The position numbers and the translations under genes are program-made. A model generated the notes under the pieces. That model saw only the letters and a program-made list of their open reading frames with translations, had not been told where the DNA came from and made no database searches. From assembly GCF_009914755.1 (NCBI RefSeq), contig NC_060943.1: a DNA stretch of 64,000 bases, one strand, 5' to 3'. Numbering within the stretch: the first letter of the stretch is position 1; each line of letters opens with the position of its first letter. This document shows, in pieces, positions 56,029 through 64,000 of the stretch. Origin of the DNA: the human T2T-CHM13v2.0 reference genome, Homo sapiens.

Positions 56029-56777
56029 CTAATTCAATACATGGTTTTCCATTTCTAAGATATCAAGAGCCATCACCTGCCTCTTCTGGGTACGGTGAAT
56101 ATGCAAATAAGCAGAAGACAACAAGAAACTAGAAACCCTGAAGTTTTCTAAGAAACCCTCAATTCTTTTCTCAAATCAGCAAAACGAGCCTCCGCCCCTG
56201 GCTGGCTTCGGAGCTCTGGGCAAATGACTGCAGGGAATGAGTCTCAGTTTTCCCTCAGGAAAATGGGCTAACATCCACCCTCTTCATTTACAAGGTTGCT
56301 TTGAGTTTCCAACAAGATAATGGAAGCTGAATCGCTGTGAAAATTGTGAAGTCCCAAACCAAATGGTGCCAAAGCTGTGACTACCCTGGAGAGAGGTGAC
56401 TCAGCGCCTTCTCCAAAGGGATCTATCACGGCAGAAGCACATGGCTTGGGACCTTCAGATTCACTCTGGGGTTTTCCTGCAGGAGGAAGGAAGTATTGGG
56501 AATTGCCTCCGGCCATGACCACTTTCAGGAAGCTGCTCGTTTTTGCAGAGAAGATTAGGGGCATCTCAGAGGTTACAAAGCCCACGAGGCCCCACCAGGC
56601 CCCAATCCACAAAGCAGGCCCATTCCATGGGCACCAAGAAGACGTCCCCTCCCAACACCCTCATCTCCAGGACTGCAGGGACCCCTCGAGGGTCTGTAAC
56701 CTGGAAAAGGGGGATTACCAAAGGTTTGGAATCTTTACATTCGCCCAAATCCACCATAAACTTCAGTTTATGGTTTA

Positions 56778-57255
<478 letters not shown>

Positions 57256-57458
57256 TGGCCAATATTTTTTCTCTTCCTTTTCCTGAGGATTTTCTTTTTT
57301 TGTTTTTGGAGATGGAGTCTCGCTCTGTTGCCCAGGCTAGACTGCAGTGGCACGATCTTGGCTCACTGCAACCTCTGCCTCCCAGGTTCAAGCGATCCTC
57401 CTTGTCTCAGCCTCCTGAGTAGCTGGGATTACAGGTGCCTGTCACCACGCCTGGCTAA

Positions 57459-57913
<455 letters not shown>

Positions 57914-58012
57914 TGAATTACTGCCCTGAGACGAGTCTATGTAACAAAATATCTGAGGCTGAAAAACTGCTTTTTAAAAATAAATCTACCTGAGGCCAGG
58001 AGTTTGAGACTA

Positions 58013-58261
<249 letters not shown>

Positions 58262-58511
58262 TCAACACCAGCCTTCTAAGTCATGTTGATGACATGGATC
58301 TTTGATGTGATTTGATGTCAATACACTTCATCTCTGTGGTCTTCCTCCCCCAAGTCCAGCTCCACATCTAGTCACGGGAAAAACATCAGACAAATCCCAG
58401 TGGAGGGACATTCTACAAAGCACCTGACCAGTTCTCCTTGTAACTGTCATCAAAAACACACAACGTTTGAGAAACTCACACAGCCCAGAGAATTCTTTTT
58501 TTTTTCCTTGA

Positions 58512-58616
<105 letters not shown>

Positions 58617-58792
58617 TGAGTAGCTGGGATTACAAGCGCCTGCCACTGCGCCCGGCTAATTTTTCTATTTTTAGTAGAGACGGGGTTCCACCCAGCCCAG
58701 AGAATTCTAACGAGATGTAAGGTCTGAATGTCATGGGGGATCCTGGGACAGAAAAAGGACATTAGGGGGAAAAACGAATTTTTTTTTTTTGA

Positions 58793-59170
<378 letters not shown>

Positions 59171-60069
59171 TGATTCTCCTGCCTCAGCCTCTCGAGTAGC
59201 TGGGATTACAAGTGCGCACCACCACGCGCGGCTAATTTTTGTGTTGATTTTTTTTAGTAGAGACAGGGTTTCACTATGTTGGCCAGGCTGGTCCCCAACT
59301 CCTGACCTCAAGTGATCCCCCCCACCTCGGCCTCCCAAAGTGCTGGAATTACAGGCATGAGCCACCGCACTCAGCCAAAAAAACAGAGCAATTCTGAATA
59401 AAGTAAGGACTCTAGTTAATAATAATGAATCCGTATTGGTTCATTAATTGGGATGTAAGTAATGTGTAATGTAAGATGTTAAAAATAAGGTAAACTCTCT
59501 AAGGGGCTTATGGGAACCCTTCGTATTTTCTTTGCGATCTTTCTGCAAATTTAAAACTGGCCAGGCACAGTGGCACATGTCTGTAATCCCAGCCCTTTGG
59601 GAGGCTGAAGTGGGAGGATCACTTGAGCCCGGGGAAGTGGAGGTTGCAGTGAGCTGAGATCACACCACTGCACTCCACCCTGGGTGACAGAGCTCAGACC
59701 CTGTTTCAAAAAAAAATTTTTTTTAAGGATAAATTGTCTAAGGGGCTTATGGGAACTCTTTGTATCTTTGTGATTTTTCTGCAGGTTTAAAACTGTCCTA
59801 AAAAATAAAGTTGGTTAAAACATAAAAATGGGCAGGGCTTGGTGGCTCACGCCTGTAATCCCAGCACTTTGGGATGCTGAGACAGGAGAATTGTGTGAGT
59901 CAAGGAGTTTGAGACCAGCCTGGGCAACATGGCAAGATCTCATCTCTTAAAAAAAAATTTTTTTTAAAAGTAAAAACTTAAGATTTAAAGAGCAATGTTC
60001 CACCTGGTTGATCTGCTTCCTGATACCCATGCAGGGAAAACAATGTTTACAGAGATTAAAGAAGCTTCT

Positions 60070-60531
60070 CTTGTTTTGTATTAAAATATTTTATATTAAT
60101 CATTCAAACTTCATTTTATACAACGAGTGCATACACCACTGGGGGAGTGTCTGACTGATGCGTGGGAGGGCGGGCGGGGATGTCTGCAGCTATGAGTAGG
60201 GAGGAGGCGGGGAAGCCCTGGGTGCTTCCTCTCCTCGACTGACCGCTGTGTGTTCGTCCCCAGAGGAAGAGCGGGAGGCAGTCAGCCCCGGGGGGGATGG
60301 CACAGTGGAGAGACGGACCTGCAGAAGTGGTGGCCAAGGCCTCTGTAAGGGCTTCCCCAGGAGATGTGACCTTTCCAGGTCTTGCAGCCGAGTCTGCTCA
60401 CCCTGAACAAGCCCCCGAGTCCCGGTCCTTGGAGTACGGTGGCGACGGTGTGTGTGTGTATATATAGACATCTGCACTGCCCCCTCTCTGGAACCCGCCC
60501 GTGCCCTGTCCCGCCTACACACGGCCCTCGC
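60070..60531 (-). other. EPS15L1: EPS15L1 3' UTR (distal end approximate)
   Basis: Repeat-free sequence after the TAG, ending in an AT-rich block with variant poly(A) hexamers just before Alu-rich DNA resumes. Confidence 0.65.
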
Positions 60532-60678
60532 CTAGGCGGCAGGCATGTCAGCCTTGCTGAGCGCGATGGCCAGTTCCAGGTCCTCCTGCTCCTGCCGCCG
60601 CAGCCGCGCCAGCCTCTCCTGTTCCGCCTTCTCGCTCTCCCGCTTGGCCCACGCCAGCTGCTGCTCCTCATTGCCAAA
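60532..60678 (-). CDS. EPS15L1: EPS15L1 (Eps15R) terminal coding exon with two ubiquitin-interacting motifs
   Basis: Minus-strand acceptor TTTTCCTTTGCAG|TTTGGC; encodes FGNEEQQLAWAKRESEKAEQERLARLRRQEQEDLELAIALSKADMPAA*, with UIM patterns EEQQLAWAKRES and EQEDLELAIALS typical of the Eps15-family C-terminus. No further upstream exon recognised in the window. Confidence 0.95.
   Translation of the reverse strand, partial: FGNEEQQLAWAKRESEKAEQERLARLRRQEQEDLELAIALSKADMPAA

Positions 60679-64000
<3,322 letters not shown>

Overview
Primate, almost certainly human, genomic DNA from the KLF2 locus (chr19p13 by gene identity). It contains the complete three-exon KLF2 gene on + (355 aa, CpG-island promoter with TATA box and the MEF2/tripartite-palindrome element). 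About 28 kb downstream, the terminal coding exon and 3' UTR of EPS15L1 (two UIMs) lie on -, convergent with KLF2. The rest is saturated with Alus (roughly half the window by eye), plus L1M, MLT1, ERV1-LTR, MER20, MADE1 and Tigger relics and a ~76-bp-unit satellite array. Almost all other ORFs in the track are Alu-, satellite- or GC-antisense artefacts, and I see no new protein-coding system. The most unusual observations are structural: (1) a satellite block inserted into an AluJ between 10-bp direct repeats, carrying an internal strand switch and an inverted copy of its own flank; (2) a 441-bp inverted duplication consistent with an inversion; (3) a cryptic KLF-motif repeat in KLF2 intron 2; (4) paired ARE-like sites 3' of KLF2; (5) a repeatedly used retroinsertion site. 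Repeat family names are recalled from consensus sequences and need RepeatMasker confirmation.
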